Source: Carpediemonas membranifera BICM (Eukaryota > Protista > Fornicata). From it: 64,000 nt of DNA. The notes below the pieces were generated by a model. That model had not been told where the DNA came from, did no database searches, and saw nothing but the letters and a program-made list of their open reading frames with translations. The translations under genes and the position numbers were made by a program. Every line of letters begins with the position of its first letter. The first letter of the stretch is position 1. Location: NCBI GenBank assembly GCA_019828565.1, contig JAHDYR010000062.1:1250421-1314420 (forward strand), written 5' to 3'. Below, in pieces: positions 40,770 to 50,275 of the stretch.

Positions 40770-41261
40770 TCACCTGATCTCCTCGTCGATAGAGATGAGG
40801 TCGATGCCGTTGTACATCAGCAATAGCCTGAGGACAGTGATGCCGAAGACGACCGAGAGCAGTGTGGGGAGGGACACCCCGATCACGATGCTGAAATACA
40901 CGACAAGGGCAGTGCTCTCGGCGTTACAGATGCCAGTGATGGACGCCACCATGATTGATACGATGAACACCAGCAGCCCGAGCTGCGTGACGCCGGTGAA
41001 AGGGTTGGGAAAGCAGCCGCATGCCGTGAAACAGAATGAGAAGCAGCATAGCGTGAAGAGAGACAGTAATCCGGTCTGAACTATGGAAAACATCGTCCAG
41101 GAAGTCTCATAACCGATCACAGAGCCGTGAACGATGAAGTAGATAGTAAAACCGACGACAGAAAGAACTACAAAGACCAGATTGCAAAGACACATTGGCA
41201 AAATCTGGATTATCTTCGAATGCGCATGAATTTGCTCCTGCCAGGGCAATTCCACCGCCAT
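40770..41261 (-). CDS. Small four-pass membrane protein
   Basis: About four hydrophobic segments. Likely start MAVELP at 41261. Confidence 0.6.
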   Translation of the reverse strand: MAVELPWQEQIHAHSKIIQILPMCLCNLVFVVLSVVGFTIYFIVHGSVIGYETSWTMFSIVQTGLLSLFTLCCFSFCFTACGCFPNPFTGVTQLGLLVFIVSIMVASITGICNAESTALVVYFSIVIGVSLPTLLSVVFGITVLRLLLMYNGIDLISIDEEIR

Positions 41262-41847
41262 TCTGTCCGATCGTGGTCGATAGGCATAGCGGTAACCTGC
41301 GGAATGTTCTGATCGCCCAGGGCGCTGAGGGTCTGGACACGACAAGCGGTGTGTGTACCGATATTCTCTGTATGCTCTGTTGCTTTCGATTCGATGGTGA
41401 GACTAGCCTGCCCGACGGACTCGGTTATAGTCGGCACCCACGGCCATGGGAGCCCCCTTGATAGTATAGACAGTCTTAACAACGTGTTCTGGGGTCATAG
41501 CCGGCCATGGCCTGGGGTGAGTCGGGTCATGCTGACAGTGAGTGTGAATCCGCTCAGTGGAAGGCGACGTGTGCCGACGTGAGGGTGTAACAAGGGATGG
41601 GTACCATGCAGCTGTAGACTACGGTGCATAGCACTGCAAGGCTGGGTACTGCTAGAAAAGATCTCGAAAATCCTCTCACGATTTCGGAGATCAATGGATC
41701 TGGCAACACAGAACACCGGGAGTGCCGAGTCATACTGCAACGGTGCATGGGCACAAGAAGCGTGGGACAGTATTACATTATTAGATCTGCAAGAAAGATT
41801 TTGATGAAATCATCGTTCGAGGTGATAAGTTTCTCATCCTCGTCAAT

Positions 41848-42372
41848 ATGAGCGACGAGGAGAGCGATTGGGAGGAAAGCTATAGTGATTCGGACTCTCA
41901 AGATTCGCAAGATGAAGAGTACATGAGCTTTGGCGTGGAATCATCGAAGAGCTCGGACGAAGAATACGATTCTGGACGATCCCATCGCAAGCGGCGCTCC
42001 CAGCATTCTCACACGTACACCGATAAGCAATACGCTGTTCTGCACGACTGCTTTAAGGCCAAGGCCTATCCTAACCGCAGCGAGATCCTTTTCATCGCGA
42101 GATACATCAAACTGGACAGTCTGAGGGTCCGAAACTGGATACAGAACGCCCGAGCCCGTGGCCTGAGGGAGAGACCCAAAGACGTCGTTGTTCCGCCGGC
42201 CGAGTCGATCCTGAGCGGCTGTGTGTTCCTCCCGAGGAGGGTCTCCAATGTGCCCCTCTGCGATAGCTCGGCACAGTGCACTCTGATGCCGGGGAACCTC
42301 ATCGAACTCTACCAGCAGGGCATATTCAACGGCCTGCTGCCCGAGTCGGACTCCTTCTGGAAGCAGTACTAG
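41848..42372 (+). CDS. Homeobox protein
   Basis: TYTDKQYAVLHDCFKAKAYPNRSEILFIARYIKLDSLRVRNWIQNARAR (WxQN helix 3) after an acidic N-terminus. Confidence 0.85.
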   Translation: MSDEESDWEESYSDSDSQDSQDEEYMSFGVESSKSSDEEYDSGRSHRKRRSQHSHTYTDKQYAVLHDCFKAKAYPNRSEILFIARYIKLDSLRVRNWIQNARARGLRERPKDVVVPPAESILSGCVFLPRRVSNVPLCDSSAQCTLMPGNLIELYQQGIFNGLLPESDSFWKQY

Positions 42373-42607
42373 GACATGTTCAGCGGTGGACGGTCTAGCT
42401 TACCGCCACCGCGGGTCTTACCATAGAATCTAAACCACACTATTACTGCGAATTGGCGTGTCTAAGGCGTGTTAAGCGGCGTTGGATCCAAGTAGACTAT
42501 GAGTCGGTCGTCCGGAGTCAAGCCAATCATTTCCAATCATTTCAATGCAGCTATTTACAAGGCTGGCAGCGGGATACAATCGCCGCTGCCGGTAGCATAT
42601 TGTTGTC

Positions 42608-43736
42608 TCAGTATGCTGTTAGGAAATCAATGCTCGGGGGCGCGATCTTTGACACACGGCTGTATCGGCCGCGGGCGTACTTCTTGCTCGCAGTTGCACC
42701 GGCCTCGCCATCAAGAGGGGCGGGGCAGCTAGCCCAGAGGCTGTGGATGGCGGTGAGGCAGTCCTTCATGTCGCCCACGCAGTAGCCCGTGTAGTGCTGC
42801 ATCGTGGCGTCCCAGAACTCACCCGTGGTGGCCAGACGGGAGAGTGCGACCGAGGAGGCGGAGACCATGGAGGGGAGGAAGCGCATGAGTTCAGTGGACC
42901 GCTGGCAGAGCTCGGTGAGGTAGGCCGAGAGCAGGGCCGTGTTGACGCTCGAGTCGGCGACGTGGCAGTAGCGCTTGAGGAACGTGCGGGCCGTGGGGGC
43001 AGTTAGACCCTCCCAGTCGAGGGTGTTGAGGATCTCGCGCTCCATGGCGCGGATCTGGTCGCACGTATAAGTGTCGTCTGTGATGTAGGCGAAGTCGTCG
43101 ACGGGGGCGACGATACACTCCTCGTACTTCGCCGCAATCCAGATGGCGCTGACACCAACGAGCTGCAGCTTGTCGCGGGCGATCTCACGTCGGGTCAGGA
43201 ATCTGTGCATGAGGTTGATGGCGAGGAAGTACGTCTCCGTCTGGAGCTTGTACTCAACCGCGACGTCAAGGAGCCAGTCGGCGACAATAGCGACCATCTT
43301 GGGCTGAATGCAGCGCTGGAACGAAGTGGTGTAGTCCTCGATCTGGCCGAACTGGCGCTCCTGTTGCTGGAGGTAGGCCATGATACGGGGGGCGTACTCC
43401 GAGCAGAAGAGGTCGTTCTTGCAGTTGACTCCATCGACGTCGCGAATAGGGGCCTCGTTGTCGAAGAATCTGTCTCCGAACGCGGATGTCTTGAAAACAT
43501 CGGCCAAATGCGGCGGCTCCTGGCTAGCCTGGCTCTGAATAGCCGTACGCGAACAATCAACAGTTACTTGTTGGCTTTGCTGGACCTGAACCTTCGCCTG
43601 GGTTGCAGAAGGAATGAGGTTCTTCTTGTTTTCAGCATATGCGGACTTTTGCTGTGTGACGAAACCGCAAAACGAAAGAGCTAAGACATACCTGAACGAA
43701 ATGCTGTGGAATCCGAGAGAAAGAGGGATAGTTCAT
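42608..43736 (-). CDS. Cyclin A-type, one intron 43652-43691
   Basis: Cyclin box MVAIVADWLLDVAVEYKLQTETYFLAIN...KLQLVGVSAIWIAAKYEE. ATG 43736 plus a 40-nt GTATG..CAG intron joins in frame. Confidence 0.88.
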
Positions 43737-43849
43737 CTCAGATGCGAGTTTTGTCGAGAATTTTGCTGCGGTAGAAAATTGCGCAAAGTTTCCGAGTGCG
43801 CGGTCATCTTCAACTCAGACATCTTCCACTCTTTTGCAAAATAAAGTGT

Positions 43850-44606
43850 TTACTTCTTCTCGTGGGTGACCTTCAGGATGTTCATGAAGTCAGGCTGCAG
43901 GGAGGCACCGCCAACCAGGAAGCCATCGATGTCCTCAGTGCAGAGGCTCTCGGCGTTGGCGCCCTTGACGGAGCCACCGTAGATGATGCGGAGCTCCTCA
44001 GCAACAGTCTTGCTGACCTTCTCGGCGGTCCAGGCGCGGAGGGCCTTGTGGGTTTCCTGGGCCTGCTCGGGGGTGGCGACAAGGCCGGTGCCGATGGCCC
44101 AGACGGGCTCGTAGGCAACAACGACCTTCTTCCAGTCCTCCTCGGACAGGACGGCGCGGACAGCATCCATCTGGCGGAAGCAGACCTCCTCGGTCTTGCC
44201 GGTCTCGCGCTCCTCCTTGAGCTCGCCAATGCAGAAGATGACGGTGAGGCCAGAGTCAATAGCCTTCTTGGTCTTCTTGGCAATCATCTCGTCGGTCTCC
44301 TTGAGGATGTGACGGCGCTCAGAGTGGCCGAGGATGACGTACTTCAGTTCCGGCGTCGACGAGGATCTCAGTGGAGAGCTCGCCAGTGAAGGCACCGAAC
44401 TTCTCGAAGTAGCAGTTCTGGGCGGAGACACCGACGGGAACCTTGAGGGCCTGCATGACGGGGAGGATGTGGATCATGGTGGGGGCAACGACGACCTCGA
44501 CGTTGTCGTGGTACTCACCGGCGTTGAGCATCTCAGTGAGACGCTGGATATCAGCCATGGAGCCGTTGCACTTCCAGTTTCCGCCAACAAAAGCCTTGCG
44601 AGCCAT
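43850..44606 (-). CDS. TPI: Triosephosphate isomerase with an apparent +1 frameshift near 44348
   Basis: [20 protein letters not shown], then [35 protein letters not shown]. Removing one A from GGAACTG restores AGLKYV. Confidence 0.93.
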
Positions 44607-44739
44607 AATGAACTTGCTATTCTTTATTCTTGAGCAGAACTGGCAAAACTTTACGACAAGACGTCCATGAGGACGTCAGCTTTCATCATCAGCGGACAAG
44701 CGACCAACGCCACAACCAGCATAACAACGCTGCGCTGCC

Positions 44740-45447
44740 CTAAAGGATGACCTCGTCCCCACTCCGCAAACACTGCAGCAACAGAGGGATGCTGCCCAAC
44801 TCTTCCATCACACGAGCAGCACCGCCCTCGAGACCGTTCCTGAAGTCATTGACGTTGTCGCCAATGTGGTAGCCGAGAATGCTGAGCGTCATGCTGCCGT
44901 CTCGTGTAGCTGTGAGAACATAGAGCGAGAGTTTGCCCGTGGGGCACTTCGTCTGCAGCCGGATCACACTGTGGTCTCCCTCGATGCTGGCTGACTTCTG
45001 GGCGATCGGGTGGTCTGGGGCGAGGTACTGGATGTGCCAGCCAGTTATGGCCTCCAGCGACTGGCGGAGAACCGCGTGGTAGTAGGCCTCTGTGGTCTTG
45101 AACTGCTTGAGAAGCGTCAGCCGGTTAGCCACAAGGTGTCTGCACTTGTAGAGCTCAGTCTTGAGCTCAGTGGCGTTGCTACTCTGGAGCTCAGCGGCCT
45201 TGACTTGTTGACGAAGGGAGGCAACTTCAGCCTTGAGGGCGAGATATTCCTCCATGTGGTCCCCGGGGAGCTCTTTCTTCTCGGGAGACAGAATTGGCGA
45301 GAGCTTGGCCGGCGATAGAGGCTTCACGGTGTCTGGAATGACGTCCGCCACCAACGTGGCCTCGGGATCGGTTGTAATGGACACGCTTTCGTCTCCATCA
45401 AATAGGGCACTGTAGTTCACAACTTGGCTATCCCCGCTGAGGCTCAT
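44740..45447 (-). CDS. Mad1 C-terminal (RWD)-like protein
   Basis: Coiled coil, then RLTLLKQF...LRQSLEAITGWHI and MEELGSIPLLLQCL, similar to Mad1 C-terminal motifs as recalled. Confidence 0.5.
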   Translation of the reverse strand: MSLSGDSQVVNYSALFDGDESVSITTDPEATLVADVIPDTVKPLSPAKLSPILSPEKKELPGDHMEEYLALKAEVASLRQQVKAAELQSSNATELKTELYKCRHLVANRLTLLKQFKTTEAYYHAVLRQSLEAITGWHIQYLAPDHPIAQKSASIEGDHSVIRLQTKCPTGKLSLYVLTATRDGSMTLSILGYHIGDNVNDFRNGLEGGAARVMEELGSIPLLLQCLRSGDEVIL

Positions 45448-45598
45448 TCTCGCCACAATGCAGACTTCGTCGAGACTGATGGGCAAAACTGCAACGCCGC
45501 TCAAGGACCCAAACACTACAGCATCCAGCTGAAGACACCCCAGCTGCCTATTTAACCAAAGCTATATCACGGCCATCTGCACTCCACCACCTCTTCGC

Positions 45599-46429
45599 TC
45601 AATCCCAGCCGAGCATCTCATCATTCCGTGCCACAACCCTGTCCGCCGTGTCCCGGGCCTGCTTCAGCTGCTCAGCCACCGCCCGGGCCTCACGTCGCCA
45701 CTGCTCTCTGGCATCGTTGATCTGCCTGAGTCCGGCGGCCGACTCCTTGACTCGTGCCTCCAGTGCCTGCAGGGACGTCTTGCTGCTGCTGATTGCGTCA
45801 TCGACCTTATCCTGCTGCTTCATCATCTTCCTCATGCTATTCCCGAGTGCCCTGGTCTCCTTCTCTGCGAACTTCAGATCAGCGTCAAGCTCGCTGCACT
45901 GCCCGTCGCGCTCCTCCTTGTCTTTCCTTGCAGCATGCAGTGCTTGCGTTGACTTTTCGAGCTCCAGCTTCCTGGCATTAACGGCGATCCTATGCTGGTC
46001 GGCCTGGGTCTGGACCTGCTTCCGTTCTTGGGCCAAGTCGGCCACCTCGCGGACTATAGCCTTCGTAGCGTCGTTCCGCTGTTCGATCTCGACCTGAAGG
46101 GCGTTGATTCTCTCAACTGTCTGGAGGAAAAGGGCGCTTTCGTCGTCGTCAATGCCAGAGGGCTCCTCGTCAACTGGTGCATCAGACTCGTTTGTACTAA
46201 TCGCAGGCTCGCGTTCGGTGTCGTCGTTCTCTGAATCCGACGACTCATCCATGATCATTTGAAGCTCGTGGCTTATTGGAGCAATCGCCCGCTCTTGGAT
46301 GTCATCGAGACTGAATTTCGTCCTATTCACGTCTGGCTTTGCTTGTGACATGCGGGCATACACCCCTGCAAGGAAGCTTTCGACATCGTCCATTTCAGCT
46401 GGTTTTTCGCAGTTTTGCTCTCCTTTCAT
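45599..46429 (-). CDS. Coiled-coil hypothetical protein
   Basis: 276-aa ORF with an acidic linker and a long heptad-rich C-terminus. Confidence 0.65.
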   Translation of the reverse strand: MKGEQNCEKPAEMDDVESFLAGVYARMSQAKPDVNRTKFSLDDIQERAIAPISHELQMIMDESSDSENDDTEREPAISTNESDAPVDEEPSGIDDDESALFLQTVERINALQVEIEQRNDATKAIVREVADLAQERKQVQTQADQHRIAVNARKLELEKSTQALHAARKDKEERDGQCSELDADLKFAEKETRALGNSMRKMMKQQDKVDDAISSSKTSLQALEARVKESAAGLRQINDAREQWRREARAVAEQLKQARDTADRVVARNDEMLGWD

Positions 46430-46518
46430 AATTTGGCAACCGAAGGAAGGAGCGGGTGCGTGATGTCCCTGCTATGGCATACTGCTGACCCTCATGCCCC
46501 GATTGGACCATCAGGGCA

Positions 46519-48165
46519 GTGATGACGTCAAAAACGGTTCCCAAAATTTCTAAACGCCGCCCACCATGCGCGAATCATATAGGAGGAGCGACATCAAGCT
46601 CAAAAAAGCCATTGAGCGTGAGAGGTATGAAAAATGTTCGTATCCCCGCCAGACCGTCATTTTCTCCTTCTCACACAGCACGAATGGACCAAGAACGCGT
46701 CATGGACGAGCTGAACGACTTCGAGCATCAGAACGGAATCAAGCTGCATACAAAGAAGAAGGGTAACCGCTTTTCCGACCGTCTGAAGGCCCACAAGGAG
46801 GAGCTTCATGCCATGGGCGTCGACGTGACGAAACCCCGCAATGAGAGGGCCTCGCTCGCCACGTACTTCGATTACTCCATCCAGAAGACGGAGGACTTCC
46901 ACTACGACCGGGCGTTTGCGGCCAAGCCGTCGCACATCACGTCCCCCGTGCACCGAGAGTCCGAGGAGGCGCTTTCGGTCCTCGCTAGGGGCACCCGTCG
47001 GCCACAGCCAAACACGGCGTCCAGGAGGAACAACAACACGACGCTGGAACGGGTTGGGGTGAGTGAGTCACTCCAGAGGACGCAGATGACCCGTGTGCCG
47101 ACACAGGCGTCCTTCCACCGCTCGCGACCCTTCGTGGACTTCGAGAAGCCCCTAGAGCGTCCAAAGCGGTCCCTGTCTGCTACCCCCGCAGCCTCCCGAC
47201 TCGGTACGATCCGCCTGCACTCCGGGGCCGGGTCGACCGCACGACCCGTGCAGCCGGCACTTGGGACGATGACAGAGGGCGCCGATAGGTTCGAGGGCAG
47301 GGATGAGAGCGACGGGGAGGAGGAGGTGCACAGCGGGTCCCTACACGGCGGCATCCTGGGAGACGTGGCGATGAGCAGCGCGGGATACTCCACTGTCCGG
47401 GACGACGAGGACGACAACGGCAGACGAGCCTCGCTCAACGCCTGGGAGCTCCAGAGACAGGCGCTGCTGAGGCAGTTTGATGACGAGTTCAACGCGATCG
47501 ACCGGACCGACCCCCACGACGAGACGGACGGCACGGAGTTCGGCCGCCGCATCGTCCCTGACCGCGTCCCCGCCATGCTGACACGGTCAGCGCCCAACCG
47601 GCATTCCCTGGCCAGTGCCCGGGAGAGGGCCAAGTCAACGGAGCCGACGTTTAAGCCACAGTCCTTCCACCCTCACGAGAGCTTGCCCCGGATGCGGGGG
47701 CACATCAGCTTCATGGAGCCCATCTTCCTGGAGAGCGGGCCGTCGCCGATGCCCATCAGACCGGCATCATCAATGCAGTTTTATAACTACTCCTCGAAGA
47801 ACAACACCTTTGATGACCTCATGAAGGACGAAGATAAGCGGGTATTCGGCAGCCGCACCATGCAGGCCCAGGGCCGGACAGACCGCATGAACCAGCGGGA
47901 TAAGGACCAACGCGACTCGAGGCTCAACACCGCCCGGGACCAGCACCTCTCCACGCTACGGGCCCGCAGCTCGGCCTCCAGGTCAAGGTCAGCCATGCTG
48001 AGAAGCCGGTTGGGCGTGCTGCCGTCCAAGACGTCGCCCGAGGCTACCACTACCCCCGTCCTGGCACAGGCGAGGCCCCGGAGGCGGGTGCATGAGGATC
48101 CTGTCGCAGCGATGAATTCGATCGACCAGTTCGACTTCAAGATCCGTATGAGCGCCATCAGGTGA
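46519..48165 (+). CDS. Low-complexity hypothetical protein (likely start ATG 46684)
   Basis: 548-aa R/S-rich ORF with no recognised domain. Confidence 0.65.
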   Translation: MMTSKTVPKISKRRPPCANHIGGATSSSKKPLSVRGMKNVRIPARPSFSPSHTARMDQERVMDELNDFEHQNGIKLHTKKKGNRFSDRLKAHKEELHAMGVDVTKPRNERASLATYFDYSIQKTEDFHYDRAFAAKPSHITSPVHRESEEALSVLARGTRRPQPNTASRRNNNTTLERVGVSESLQRTQMTRVPTQASFHRSRPFVDFEKPLERPKRSLSATPAASRLGTIRLHSGAGSTARPVQPALGTMTEGADRFEGRDESDGEEEVHSGSLHGGILGDVAMSSAGYSTVRDDEDDNGRRASLNAWELQRQALLRQFDDEFNAIDRTDPHDETDGTEFGRRIVPDRVPAMLTRSAPNRHSLASARERAKSTEPTFKPQSFHPHESLPRMRGHISFMEPIFLESGPSPMPIRPASSMQFYNYSSKNNTFDDLMKDEDKRVFGSRTMQAQGRTDRMNQRDKDQRDSRLNTARDQHLSTLRARSSASRSRSAMLRSRLGVLPSKTSPEATTTPVLAQARPRRRVHEDPVAAMNSIDQFDFKIRMSAIR

Positions 48166-48307
48166 TGTTTGCCGTGTTTAGATTTGTTAAACGGAGATTG
48201 TGGTGACGGGTTGATGACTCCGCCAGCATCGGATTAATGGCAGTCTGCCCAGCGGTCAACCAAGGCACTCCCACTCAACCGTATTTGTTTATCACTATCA
48301 GTCAATC

Positions 48308-48976
48308 CTACTCGCTGTACAGCCCGTGCTCCACGATGTACTGGGCGACCGCGGGGTGCACCAGTCCAGACAGCGGCCGCCGCTCCCTCATGGCGTCCCT
48401 GATCATCGTGCTGCTTATGTCGTTCTCGACCGTCGGCTGGGTGACAACAATGGTCTCTCTGCCGGGTGCCATGTGGGGTTCGCTGCCGATGATGGCCGCG
48501 ACACGGTCAGCCGAGGCCTGGGTCCGCTCAACAACGACGAACACGTACTTCTTGAGCAGGTGACAGACGTCTTCGGGCGACCACGAGGGGTGGTGGGCCA
48601 TGGAGTCGATGAGGTCCGCCCCGCAGGCAAAGAAGAGCTTCACGTCGGGCCCAGCCTCCTCCTGGATGTGGTCGAGGAGGACGCGGGTCCGGACAAACTC
48701 GTGCTGGCGCCACTCCCAGTCGTGGAGTTGGAGCCACGAGTCGGAGCATGCAAGGGCTACCATCTTCGCACGGACGGATGCATCGAGCAGTTTCGGTTTG
48801 TTCATCCTGTATGCGTCCGGGACTGGCGAGAAATAGCCTCTGTCGACCGTATAACCCATAGCCTGGCATTTCTCCCGGACCGTGTCCATCATGATGAAGT
48901 GCCCCGCTGTTATCGGGTTGTATGAACCACCTGCGATGATCCACACCTTCTTAGCATCAATTCCAGGCATTACCAT
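48308..48976 (-). CDS. NMNAT: Nicotinamide/nicotinate mononucleotide adenylyltransferase
   Basis: GGSYNPITAGH, SPVPDAY, CGADLIDSM, NDISSTMIR. Confidence 0.9.
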   Translation of the reverse strand: MVMPGIDAKKVWIIAGGSYNPITAGHFIMMDTVREKCQAMGYTVDRGYFSPVPDAYRMNKPKLLDASVRAKMVALACSDSWLQLHDWEWRQHEFVRTRVLLDHIQEEAGPDVKLFFACGADLIDSMAHHPSWSPEDVCHLLKKYVFVVVERTQASADRVAAIIGSEPHMAPGRETIVVTQPTVENDISSTMIRDAMRERRPLSGLVHPAVAQYIVEHGLYSE

Positions 48977-49414
48977 TGATCGCGCGTTGCAGGGCCGAAT
49001 TGGACAAACCCACGACCTGCCATCGTGACCACGCGAGACACACCCGACCGTCGGACTGCTGGAACCTGACAGCGGGGCCATTGGTCTAGAGAGTGTCTGG
49101 CCGTAATCTGCTGAAATCAGGTTGAGCCAGGTCCAATCGAGACACCGCGGAACACCCCCCGCAAGACTATTTTTACATGATTTCAACGTCCTGGTGGAAG
49201 GGTTGCCAACTAGACTATCAATGACTGACTATCAATGAAGCCCAGTCCCCCTGCCCTTGCATGAGAGTTGTCTCGGAAACCTCTGCCCCAGGCGGTGTCC
49301 AGGACAACGATACCGCCTGGGGCAAGCGTCGTGCTGTTCAGGCCTTGCAGTATGACTTCATCATTTCCGAGTTGTCAAACGACTGTCGACGATCGAGAAC
49401 ATCAATTTTAAAGC

Positions 49415-50162
49415 ATGAGCGGCTTCGATTCTGATCGTTATAGTTTCTCCTTGACGACCTTTTCCCCTTCTGGCAAGCTTGGCCAGATTGATCACGCGCT
49501 TGCTGCTGTGAACAATGGAAGTACCTCTATTGGCATCAAATGTTCGTTTTCAGCAAAAATCTCATGCAGCACATGACGGGATAGTGCTTGTCACTGAACG
49601 GAAGCTCAAGTCTGCGCTTATCGACAAGGACAGCATCAAGAAGGTTCAAATCCTCGCAGACAACGTCGGCTGCGTATACAGCGGCATTGGCGCCGACTCC
49701 GCCGTCCTCGTCCGTAGCGGACGCAAGAACGGCGAGGTCTACCGTCGGCAATTCGGCGAGAACCCCGGCGTCGACACCGTGGCCAAGGATCTCACCGCCA
49801 AGATGCAGTCCTACACCCAGAGCGGCGGGGTCCGGCCCTTCGGATGCTCCCTCCTCGTCGGCGGTGTGGACCCTGCTGGGCCCTCGCTGTGGCAGGTGGA
49901 TCCCTCCGGGTCGTCCATCCGCTGGAAGGCGACGGCGATTGGGAAGAACTCAAGGACTTGCAAGACGTTCCTGGAGAAGCGTGTGACTCCAGATTTAAGC
50001 CTTGACGACGCAGTGAAGATCGCATTGCTCTCGCTGAAGGAGGTGTTCGACGGCCTGTTGAAGGCGGAGCACTGTGAGGTCGGCATCATCTCGACGGAGG
50101 ATGGCCTGTTCAGGAAAATGACCGACGCCGAGGTCACTGAGCAGCTCGACGGGCTGGAGTAA
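49415..50162 (+). CDS. PSMA2: 20S proteasome subunit alpha-2, one intron 49542-49569
   Basis: [25 protein letters not shown], 28-nt intron, then [27 protein letters not shown]. Confidence 0.93.
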
Positions 50163-50275
50163 AGATAGCATGGCGTCTGTGTCCTGCACCTTGTCCGCCG
50201 GCCCCAGCTCATAAATAAACATAAAGAGATCGGGGCGGAGTTTATGTTGTCGGGTCAAGAGCACAGCTACAGTGC

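Noticed and set aside
48308-48976. NMNAT functionally linked to the SIR2 gene as an NAD defence module
   Set aside because: About 25 kb apart among unrelated housekeeping genes, and the NMNAT looks like the ordinary eukaryotic type.
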